42,060 nt of DNA. It comes from a virus. Location of the stretch: the UHGV virus genome UHGV-0384735. The stretch is one strand, 5' to 3'. The notes under the pieces are model-generated. The model saw only the letters and a list, made by a program, of their open reading frames with translations. It was not told the origin of the DNA and searched no databases. Of the stretch, positions 11,401 through 16,600 are shown in pieces (position 1 is the first letter of the stretch; every line of letters begins with the position of its first letter). The translations under genes were made by a program, and so were the position numbers.

Positions 11401-12168
11401 CGGAAGATGAAGCGTGAGACGCCGGACGCTGCGGAGGCCGAGCTTGACGCGGCCGCCATGGCGGAGGTGCGGCGCTCCCTGTCCCGCAAGGGTCAACCGA
11501 TGACGCAGTTGCAGAAGTCCCTGGCCGCGCAGCACCGGACCTGGATGCAGGCGGGGATGTTGTTCCTGGGCGGCGAGTCGATCAATACGATGGGCAATGT
11601 GTTTTCCCTGGCCCGCAGCGGGCAATGGGGGAAGGCCGGGTTGATGTGGGTTTCTCACGGGGTGGTGCTGGCCCTTCTGAATGGGCTGCTTAATTTCATG
11701 ACCGATGACGAGAAGCGCCGCCGGAAGCGGGAGTGGTGGCACGCCCTGTTTGATGTGGTGATGGGGCCCGTGATGGGGCTCCCTGTCGTGAGCGGGCTGG
11801 CTGGCGAGGGGGTGAGGCAGCTTGCGAAGCTGTGCGGGTATCATGCTTTTATGCCGGGGAATAATTTGCTGGTGCCTTTTTCCAATGCGGCGGATATCGG
11901 GAAGGCGTTTTCCAACGCCTGGAAGGTGTTTGACGGCAAGGAACGGCCTTGGGAGGATGACGCCCTTTCTTTCCACGAGCTTTTACGTACTGCGGCGGCG
12001 GGGACGGTGGCGTTTTCTCCGCGGACGACCAAGGGGGGCGCCGCTGCGGTAGGGGCTGCCCTGACGATGGCAGCGTTGCTGAATGTGACAGAGTTTGCCC
12101 TTAAAACAGTCCGCAGCGTTCAGGAGAACGGAGCGGATTGGGATAAGTGGGTTGGGAACCGGAAGTAG
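2500..12168 (+). CDS. Giant (3222 aa) polyvalent internal virion protein, a gp16-like ejection protein with ParB-like, zincin and C-terminal TM modules
   Basis: Single uninterrupted 9.67-kb ORF. S-G-R-H-R-L-D-A (ParB/Srx-like) at 5812-5835. L-H-E-V-Q-H (zincin HExxH) at 8266-8283. FKRWFGDW at 6808-6831 and KVVDENGEPLVVYHGSPHVF at 7381-7440, which I recall as motifs of phage/ICE polyvalent proteins. Hydrophobic TM-like helices near the C-terminus (about 11540-11830). All long antisense ORFs here are GC-driven shadows. Confidence 0.85.
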   Translation: MFAQDVFERLGLSQDTDLLNDLQKEALLEPTEAAQSPYMDDPAYAGFETLRGLFGSNHGDNPSMYWLAQGEEMPEFATVADAQAAVWKDFQKKARAYQAEQERQQQAREALAATIDPFIDRYVRGDAVVPSPEQVMMMQEAGISWESVRRARRGMELVREYDAQGTLYDDRIINNLAEQVGDDELARRIVLNMFYNDARKYAKDKHGDEWTGIDWIDKAAQGVTGMVRTGGVKGWRTGQKAWRNLQVMGEVDAVTNAAKRLPELIASGMDVDEARAQIEKDATFLEIRRRWAADLVQTMEAGEKEYLEGEDRHLVGRIGSQLGSIIGDTAPWFIPAIGPAIGASSAMQSRRDEGVSIGLTMEETEKRAMMFGQADALEEMIAFSPIGRLTPGYKWLKKALGGGKAAGKLAPWRARWMASPKAQYAIQGLSGAAEEAILEPTAGYLMRTVQSMNLTDERGKQTFRQYLDDMGQMMHGEQGLALLAFTFGMSGFNYPQIKKAAQEFGLSLQHYKELGGTAQGYLEAREEKTAEGFLNKALANLHDSWMEDPQASQERASAAAGERLSGERIESLRELDAWRAAEDAGMVPRVEPAEQEGMFRVYAPARSTKAPREDASVSREGQEENAPSYTLMDGEQMTAYLQAFVSEQVESDILYTQHLLAGDVTVSQALAQGRFDAAEVITRTVTDEQTGAERVVIAPETLGQMKARADMAMAAIRALEAEGVSYEDAAARMDASLSEHIPLGTLVKTWEEAQERIRTEQARTPEFKVPAMDAPFSNAYVTKVRRGDTFRRVLRYARGNATVEDLMEETMEQAVISWQAEQGLTWGEFGAMLQEAQKSINDLFPEARGEEMQFIHLDAGKPVTGHDAIEAFSKIGRSRWLADAMNHPSLPSWLRKLLNHLVKFLGAFKARVELGEMVRQAEEQGVFTLPVRQALAVMLDAGNALYRDQQGDLIALTMERAKAQADLDAALGRGVATEQETLEEQLAERNAADEPGPVDRAEEEADDANAQQARRERTEAEVEMLGERDDDGVFNGGVSIRIEDGVRQGFIDKDRLTLCPDVPQFKQGADEKTGVVNRIVGAWQRNAAPISVWRRTDGSLQVISGRHRLDACTDADINCTVYDEADGFDLDWAQTHDVENNIRDGQASAFEIARYVRDSSLSMAEAVERGIARKGASLKGVELGLYASQELLDALGNGLVSPDDAYRVALAFRNDAEVQRSGLAVLLDGGSWQEAYNTMAAKANLEAIARQNAANGMDMGMDLFGNTDNEELYKRIGKYAAEKYRELGKELTAINGASRNPKVARKYGVNVNDAAAVQQVVKRLQEERSRWKNFAVHPDLLKEANDAVMVELGLKTQAQVDQENGVLPLEAPEQEADSDDAGMLLLSQDVNRMLEDFIKREEVHFSLAGENEALLAPNGEPSHLTPQQYRQVRTPEFKRWFGDWEKVARFKAAVEKIMSMEPVAAISGQEFQKDGIPLTEKVTKFWKERFNGVAISPELGEVRLDLEGVKSSIGHGIGSLKSAAFACVEDVIRNGVVFDRQKNWKERGYDTAVIAAPVTIKGVEYVCEVVVEQRTNRQGFYLHEVEIKKKLEDVFKTSTEGGTPQASRSILALRAEDVKREEEGMSKVVDENGEPLVVYHGSPHVFTVFDVERSGENFNRSREDGGLLFFSSLPETAEDVLHDLEGRFPGTGLESARLYACFMRLRRPFTLDLGDASQRPFSGEGVPESVKGSPMAWYLFPHELRRGFDEGNAHGAGYDGIVLKGRNAYDGSPEVWGMATDSRQVKSAADNRGTFDSENPDITFSIIGEKAESFQEYHNNGLSYTDPADGKRKAIIDSRGVRLRKEHVSVSEGGHVNVSLAAALDFPELFRAYPELQKLRVDFYRDSRSGTGGFTDPQEHYIAVNVARGGKNADAGMVLDTILHEVQHVIQGYEGFAQGAGRMSRDQALAYLGESMIQLAGRDDAWAKEALPRLERMRQELEAGTLQPAFVYVFSHGEQEARLAGRFEKNSEGVVMSGLNGFRLLDAPQFSIPLTGNITELGGITFGAGRFGRMADRVLAPNGDWLYDEMVFRMRAAAQRSVNKLNLYETGDRERGLELLAEAQELIATVERFLPHTYGFGLEPYKIWLNVFSLLYGNSGKMAPDEALSSALSAIPMEKWPEIMAGSVMKHFWGYVKQHETLGPVWEGKMKEFEEEAKFTEAGEKAAELDKRRWEFFIANGAEFLEKYGQVKVYRLISKFMARVVEQIDRYRKDRTLGRIRRVAASVAPRTNPKGKPLRGKMDAESYRRLERCLRLLEMTESQYDEFFQKNFPEDAEEGKRWEDLAPDALVLVTLPDAEGRLEEVAVTQREFEVYACYERMDVNTAEKCGATLGELIATTRHAWENAAEKKKMEVAAMAAPLLQATGNLDDNRMATFRRKARLRALPKKPLSLFDYLMNFNQYMQALSSVGPFAGIARQFEERAARFNVQRQASEKEMLRFVHNTVAEIAGSADRYDIAEWIYEGRMKQDTGISVVEREPDWNRKANALYRERLLHLLRRKVKSHGLEAVQLYLREFKLSEDLKKEVNALFGHRRKEISAKQAKKALEHMERVFTQKEWERYGDQKVFVRERAEMLRSRTKYAKEGYQPKSFRLDGLSRMEAAYLVLLSEQADYTEALAERGFDAEVMDRLRGFAGDEVMRFAYALREKLNERSGQVQEMTERRYGTPFPLTENYFRAFFDVTMEAIDKSIADAASYGEAATGGKFGLIHARRKHQAHLDLEMDVCTAFMAAMTEQDLYLYGSEISRDLRALLNFKGEDGEAGRSLEVLLGRDAVGKLMAWADAFDRAGAESIRGHLDMNRLMNRLSGAAARVLLAGRVGTLTKQVTTVINAMYASDEIGLDEWLGAVRRYHAGKLVKPVREIEALPELDSRDKTRFSATLAAMGADEAGRRVSRLERWNREGMDLLERVDMKGNAISAAILYDAVYRKMKRETPDAAEAELDAAAMAEVRRSLSRKGQPMTQLQKSLAAQHRTWMQAGMLFLGGESINTMGNVFSLARSGQWGKAGLMWVSHGVVLALLNGLLNFMTDDEKRRRKREWWHALFDVVMGPVMGLPVVSGLAGEGVRQLAKLCGYHAFMPGNNLLVPFSNAADIGKAFSNAWKVFDGKERPWEDDALSFHELLRTAAAGTVAFSPRTTKGGAAAVGAALTMAALLNVTEFALKTVRSVQENGADWDKWVGNRK

Positions 12169-12201
12169 TTAAAGTATCTTATCCAGTATATACAAGTGCG
12201 A

Positions 12202-12813
12202 CTATTTAAGGATAGTGTCTGCTTTAACAACTTTTTCTTTTGCTTGCTTCTCCAAATTTGGAACTGCTCTAAACATAGAAGCAAGCTCTTTTGCATCTTC
12301 AATTGACATTCTAATTGAAAATTTGCCTGTCCCTGGATCATTAAAAAACAACTGAACATGGGAACTTGTTTTTCCAAGCACATCTATCATAGATTTAGAT
12401 TCATTCAACATGGATATAAAATAAATATCAAACGAATACTTTCTTGGATTTTTTTCTAATGGAGCATAGTAAGAGGCAACAAATTTATTTGTTGCTAATT
12501 CACTATCTTCCACTATATCGGCCCATTTTGCGCATTTTTCTAAACTTTTTGCTATATTGATTGCATCTTTGTTTGAAAAATATTGTGTAACAAATCTAGG
12601 ATAAATATTTTTTTTAATTTTATCTTTTGGAAGTATAAAAATCACCAATCTATGCCATTCATCACTTGAGACATGCAAGTGTATTTTAAAATCACATTCG
12701 TTCAAAAAATGTATATTTAATATTTTGTCACTTTTTACAGAACATTCGGTTCGAGCAAATGAGACTCCCGAAATAAATACCCACACCGCAAATATCACAT
12801 ATAGAATCTTCAT
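12202..12813 (-). CDS. Secreted hypothetical protein (N-terminal signal peptide), AT-rich cargo
   Basis: 203-aa ORF with N-terminus MKILYVIFAVWVFISGVSFA. About 35% GC against roughly 58% for the phage backbone. Overlaps the upstream gene by 4 nt. Confidence 0.5.
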   Translation of the reverse strand: MKILYVIFAVWVFISGVSFARTECSVKSDKILNIHFLNECDFKIHLHVSSDEWHRLVIFILPKDKIKKNIYPRFVTQYFSNKDAINIAKSLEKCAKWADIVEDSELATNKFVASYYAPLEKNPRKYSFDIYFISMLNESKSMIDVLGKTSSHVQLFFNDPGTGKFSIRMSIEDAKELASMFRAVPNLEKQAKEKVVKADTILK

Positions 12814-13109
12814 AGAATGGAATATTTACTAGCTCCTCCACAAATCTTGCAATTCACACCGCTGGGCGTATCGCTGGCTCGCCCTTTGCAAGCCCGGTAG
12901 TACCGGCAGTTTTTGTTATGGGTCTTGCCCGTTGAGCTGATCCAGTACGCTTTTTCTTCCGCTGTTGGCTTGGCCGCTGGTTTCCGGTGGTAGTGGTATT
13001 CCCCTGTTTTGCGGTTGTAGTGACCACCGTTGGCATCCAGGCCGCCAGGGTGCGCGCCTGAGAATGAAGTGAGGGAAATAACAGCCAAAATGAGAGAGAA
13101 TAGTTTCAT
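12810..13109 (-). CDS. Small secreted YHYH-motif protein with a C-terminal Cys module
   Basis: 99 aa. Signal peptide MKLFSLILAVISLTSFSGA, GGHYNRKTGEYHYH motif, and a C-terminus YWISSTGKTHNKNCRYYRAC...NCKICGG. The same module recurs at the C-terminus of the adjacent nuclease. Confidence 0.55.
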   Translation of the reverse strand: MKLFSLILAVISLTSFSGAHPGGLDANGGHYNRKTGEYHYHRKPAAKPTAEEKAYWISSTGKTHNKNCRYYRACKGRASDTPSGVNCKICGGASKYSIL

Positions 13110-13227
13110 GCGAATTCATAATACCATGAAATATAGAGAGTTGTAAATAATTTGCTTAACTCTTTCAAAAGCATTATGAAAGGATTATTTCCAACATTTA
13201 TTTACATTTTTCACCTGTAGTTTATCG

Positions 13228-14121
13228 TTGTTTGTTAGAGGGGGCCGTGGTATCGCCTTTTCCGTGAGGTTGCTGTTTTTCTTTTTAGCCAGCATTTGCA
13301 TTTCTTATGGTGAAAGCTTTAGGGGCTTTGTCATCAATGTGATTAATGGCGATACAATTACTGTTTTGGAGAAGACTCCAGAACAAAAACAAGCTTACAG
13401 AGTTCGTTTGAAGGGAGTTGATGCTCCTGAAAAAGGGCAGTATGGCTACAGCGGGGCTAAATATTTTTTGGAGAAGTTGATATGGGGTGAAATGGTCACG
13501 GTTCAATATTCGGGGCGTGACAAGAACGGAGTTATTTTGGGGCTGGTATTGTATGGGGGGACGTTCGTGAATTATGAAATGGTCAAAGAGGGGTGGGCAT
13601 GGTACGACAAAAAATATTTCGATAGCCGGGAGCTTGAGAGGTTGGAAGCTTCAGCGAAGAAGGAGCAGAAAGGATTATGGGCAGAGGAGAATGCGATTCC
13701 CCCTTGGGAATGGAGAGAAGGAGAGAGGGGTAAGGAGCCTTCCCAGGATAATAAAAGGATAGTTACTTATTGGATCAGCTCAACGGGAAAAACGCACCTT
13801 CCCGGATGTCGGTATTATGGTGTGGGGATGGGAGCGTTTAATAATCTTGGAACGGCAGATTATTGCGGCCTGTGCTGGAAGATGCCCAAGGTGAAAGTCA
13901 GGAAGTCTGAACTGACTTATGATCCTTTTCCTGGGCCAGTAAAGACATCTTCTTCCCCTAGAAGATCATATTCGAGTCCCAGGCATAATTCCATTTATCA
14001 TCATGTGTTTTCTCCAAGCACGAGTACCGATTCCAAAGGACGCATTATTTACACGGGACCGCGTGGAGGAAGGTATTACATTAACAAGAACGGGAATAAG
14101 ACGTATATCAAAAGAAAATAA
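13228..14121 (+). CDS. Secreted thermonuclease (staphylococcal nuclease / SNase fold) with a C-terminal Cys module
   Basis: VINVINGDTITV, VRLKGVDAPE, GLVLYGG..NYEMVKEGWA and EKGLWAE match the SNase catalytic core. The signal peptide is likely from the GTG at 13264 (MRLLFFFLASICISYG); the tool start at 13228 is TTG. C-terminus YWISSTGKTHLPGCRYY...YCGLCWK. AT-rich. Confidence 0.8.
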   Translation: MFVRGGRGIAFSVRLLFFFLASICISYGESFRGFVINVINGDTITVLEKTPEQKQAYRVRLKGVDAPEKGQYGYSGAKYFLEKLIWGEMVTVQYSGRDKNGVILGLVLYGGTFVNYEMVKEGWAWYDKKYFDSRELERLEASAKKEQKGLWAEENAIPPWEWREGERGKEPSQDNKRIVTYWISSTGKTHLPGCRYYGVGMGAFNNLGTADYCGLCWKMPKVKVRKSELTYDPFPGPVKTSSSPRRSYSSPRHNSIYHHVFSPSTSTDSKGRIIYTGPRGGRYYINKNGNKTYIKRK

Positions 14122-14123
14122 AA

Positions 14124-14148
14124 GCCCCTGGCCCGGAGACCAAGGGGC
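14124..14148 (+). terminator. GC hairpin after the nuclease gene. Weak terminator candidate.
   Basis: gcccctgg...ccaaggggc stem (one bulge) directly after the stop at 14121. No clear U-run. Confidence 0.3.
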
Positions 14149-14281
14149 GAAGCATTCTAACGTAAAGAGGCCAAATAATAGCCTCTTTTCTCAGAACAAG
14201 CAACTCCTAAATCATTGTTTCAGTATTATTATGTAAAAATGTATACTGGAATTGTTATTGAGGGGTTGTATCCAACAAAAA

Positions 14282-14307
14282 GGAGCTGCCCCGATAAAGG
14301 CAGCTCC
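14282..14307 (-). terminator. Rho-independent terminator for the minus-strand cI/Gp37-68/TcmP/hicA transcript
   Basis: ggagctgcc-N8-ggcagctcc hairpin. On the minus strand it is followed by a T-run (tttttgttgg). It lies 22 nt downstream of the hicA stop. Confidence 0.6.
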
Positions 14308-14328
14308 TGAATATAATAGGGGGAGGTG

Positions 14329-14574
14329 TTAATCTTCCCAGGTTCCACCTGCAGCTTCAATAGCACGCCGTACCTGCGCTATAAGATAGTGGGGGGCATT
14401 GTCATTATCGTGGCCCGGGATAGTTACCGTCTGTCCATGAGGATGATCGTATACACGATGGGAACCCCGTCCTTGTCCTTGCTGCAGAATGAATCCAGCA
14501 TCTCGTAACCGTCTGATTAAATCTCGTATTCGCATAAGTGATGTTGAAGATACGAGAAGAAAGGAGAGTTTCAA
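14329..14574 (-). CDS. hicA: HicA-family toxin (mRNA interferase), orphan. The likely true start is the ATG at 14535.
   Basis: MRIRDLIRRLRDAGFILQQGQGRGSHRVYDHPHGQTVTIPGHDNDNAPHYLIAQVRRAIEAAGG fits the HicA/YcfA pattern (G-S-H, HP, T-I-P-x-H, L-x-x-I-x-x-A-G). The tool start is TTG. No HicB-like ORF is adjacent. Confidence 0.65.
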   Translation of the reverse strand: MKLSFLLVSSTSLMRIRDLIRRLRDAGFILQQGQGRGSHRVYDHPHGQTVTIPGHDNDNAPHYLIAQVRRAIEAAGGTWED

Positions 14575-14725
14575 TGAACGCTGTCCGAATGGAAAAATCA
14601 GCCTTTTTAACAGTCTGCATTGCTTAGGAGAGATTCACCGTACTCAATTGATTGGATCACAAGAAAATTATTTTTTGGATGTCAGAGGGGTAAAGGATAC
14701 TGAAAAGAGTATCTAAAAGGGTCAC

Positions 14726-15829
14726 TTATGAAAAATATGTGATTTCTCTATCTTGATTTGGCTGAGGTCTTCTAAAAGAGCATTGCAGAATTTTATTGTC
14801 CTTTAGCTTTTTCAATACGGGTTCACAATGTTCTGGGAGCATCCATAAATCACAACATTTATCATAGAGTGCGGATTCTGAAATAGGATGATTCTCTAAA
14901 ATAAAGAGTTTAAATTGTTCCTGAAGATTTTCTATATGAGTTTTTTTAAAAGCAAACAAAAGTTGACTGTCTTTATTTGGCTGATCTTCATGTAGGAAGA
15001 AATTTGCCAACCCTTCTACAGGATCTTCTTTCCAACACAGGCGTAAAAATTGATCTATTCCTCTTCTGCTTCCAGAAAAATAGATTAAGCCGTAAATATT
15101 TGTTTTTTTCTTAAAAGCAAATGATCCGAAAAATAGTTTTTTCTCTAAAGGGGCTTCTCTAAATGCTTTTAATATTTGAGTATGAACATGTCTATAATCT
15201 TTGGGATTTTTGAATTTGTATCCCATATCAGAAAATCGATTTTGAAGTTCTTTAAAACGGTGCAAAGACGAGGAAGCCATAAAAACCATACAATCTGTAT
15301 AGTAGCATTTAGACAAGCTAATAAGCTTCTCCATATCGAAATGAGCCATTCCAAATTGATCAATAAAAAGAATATTTGCAGTATTTGTTTTCCTTATTTC
15401 TTCTATATGATCATTGAAGGAAGTCTCAAAATCTGATGTTTTAAACTCAATTTTTATATGTGGATGGGAAGATAGACTGTCTCCAAAAATGTCTTTGATA
15501 TTTTTCTGGAGGGAGTTAATACTTTTTTCTTTACGGTCAAAAAAATGAAAATATATTGGTTTTCCCCATAGATGTTTGGTTTGAGGTGCCGTTGCCATTT
15601 CCAATATTGTTTTAATGGCAAGAAGAGGGCTACCATAACGTCCTAATGCATCCATTCCTGGTCCTGCAAAAAAGTCATAAATATTTATGGACTTAACAGG
15701 AGAAGTAGGAGGCAAATTTAGGAATACTGCGACAGCACTCTTTAGGTAACTGGCGTATATATTGAGTTTTTGAAGAGTACCTGCATCAAAAGCACGATTG
15801 TGAAATCCTGTATTACTTGACATTAACAA
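14726..15829 (-). CDS. tcmP: Three-Cys-motif partner protein (TcmP-like) with a possible Rossmann/MTase-like FAGPG motif
   Basis: 367 aa, about 33% GC. The start is 4-10 nt after the stop of the upstream Gp37/Gp68 gene (AAGGAG RBS, then the TTG at 15829 or the ATG at 15823). INIYDFFAGPGMDALG resembles SAM-binding motif I. The family assignment is from memory of the TcmP family that co-occurs with Gp37/Gp68 proteins. Confidence 0.6.
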   Translation of the reverse strand: MLMSSNTGFHNRAFDAGTLQKLNIYASYLKSAVAVFLNLPPTSPVKSINIYDFFAGPGMDALGRYGSPLLAIKTILEMATAPQTKHLWGKPIYFHFFDRKEKSINSLQKNIKDIFGDSLSSHPHIKIEFKTSDFETSFNDHIEEIRKTNTANILFIDQFGMAHFDMEKLISLSKCYYTDCMVFMASSSLHRFKELQNRFSDMGYKFKNPKDYRHVHTQILKAFREAPLEKKLFFGSFAFKKKTNIYGLIYFSGSRRGIDQFLRLCWKEDPVEGLANFFLHEDQPNKDSQLLFAFKKTHIENLQEQFKLFILENHPISESALYDKCCDLWMLPEHCEPVLKKLKDNKILQCSFRRPQPNQDREITYFS

Positions 15830-15832
15830 GCA

Positions 15833-16585
15833 TTATACTCCTTTATATACAGGAATGCAACGGAATTCCGGTATGCTTCTATAGTGGGTTCCATCCAGTT
15901 CAGATCCTGTAACTTTTTTATTCCGCCCTCCCCATTGTTTGAAGAAGAAAGGAATGGAGCGTTTTTCCGCCTGGTCTCTGATGCTGCGTACCCATTCCGG
16001 TTTGATTGGGCGGGCGTTGGGTCCGCTTTCGCCTCCAACAATGATCCAGTCAATGAAAGATAGGTTCATGGGACCCAAGTCCTCCAGCAGGGGTTCGCAA
16101 CTGAGGAAGCGAAGTGCGGCCGGCGTTTGACGGAGTGTATCAATTCTGGGGAGACCTTGCTTTTTGTTCTCAACACTTACTCCCCACCAGATATGAGGAT
16201 GCAATTCCATGTTGGGAAAATTCTTCTGAAGAAAGTCTCTCATTCTTTCAGGCCTTTTTGTCAAGACCTGATAAATATGTTGTCTGGCTCGCAACATCAC
16301 CTGAATGACTTGCTTGATAAATTCGTCTGGAACCTTTTCATGGAAAAGGTCACTCATGGAGTTAACGAATATCATTCTAGGCCTTTTCCATTTGATGGGA
16401 ATGTCAAGGTTGTCACGGACTAGTACAACGTCAAATCCTTTTTCAAACGGATGGCCTTTGATGCCTCTCCATCTTTCAGCAAAGGCATAGGCATAGCAAT
16501 TTTTACAACCATCGCTGATTTTCGTGCATCCACGAACGGGGTTCCACGTTGCGTCAGTCCACTCTATTTTACTATTATCGCTCAT
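15833..16585 (-). CDS. Phage Gp37/Gp68-family (DUF5131) three-Cys-motif protein
   Basis: 250 aa. The N-terminus EWTDATWNPVRGCTKISDGCKNCYA carries a C-x6-C-x2-C motif. IVGGESG lies mid-protein. It starts 15 nt after the cI stop on the same strand. Confidence 0.65.
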   Translation of the reverse strand: MSDNSKIEWTDATWNPVRGCTKISDGCKNCYAYAFAERWRGIKGHPFEKGFDVVLVRDNLDIPIKWKRPRMIFVNSMSDLFHEKVPDEFIKQVIQVMLRARQHIYQVLTKRPERMRDFLQKNFPNMELHPHIWWGVSVENKKQGLPRIDTLRQTPAALRFLSCEPLLEDLGPMNLSFIDWIIVGGESGPNARPIKPEWVRSIRDQAEKRSIPFFFKQWGGRNKKVTGSELDGTHYRSIPEFRCIPVYKGV

Positions 16586-16600
16586 AAAATTCTTTTTGGA

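Noticed and set aside
2500-12168. Giant ORF considered as an N4-like virion RNA polymerase, which might use the conserved 19-mer as its promoter
   Set aside because: No T7-like RNAP motifs (A, B, C, or T/DxxGR) were recognised on reading the protein. The ParB-like, zincin and C-terminal TM features fit a polyvalent internal virion protein better. I cannot fully exclude it without profile searches.
13228-14121. Excalibur (DxDxDGxxCE) calcium-binding domain at the nuclease C-terminus
   Set aside because: The C-terminal module is Cys/Tyr-rich (YWISSTGKTH...CRYY) and lacks the Asp-rich Excalibur signature.
14405-14620. 71-aa ORF considered as a possible HicB antitoxin
   Set aside because: It overlaps hicA in a different frame and has no RNase-H-like, HTH or RHH features. 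It is not HicB-like.
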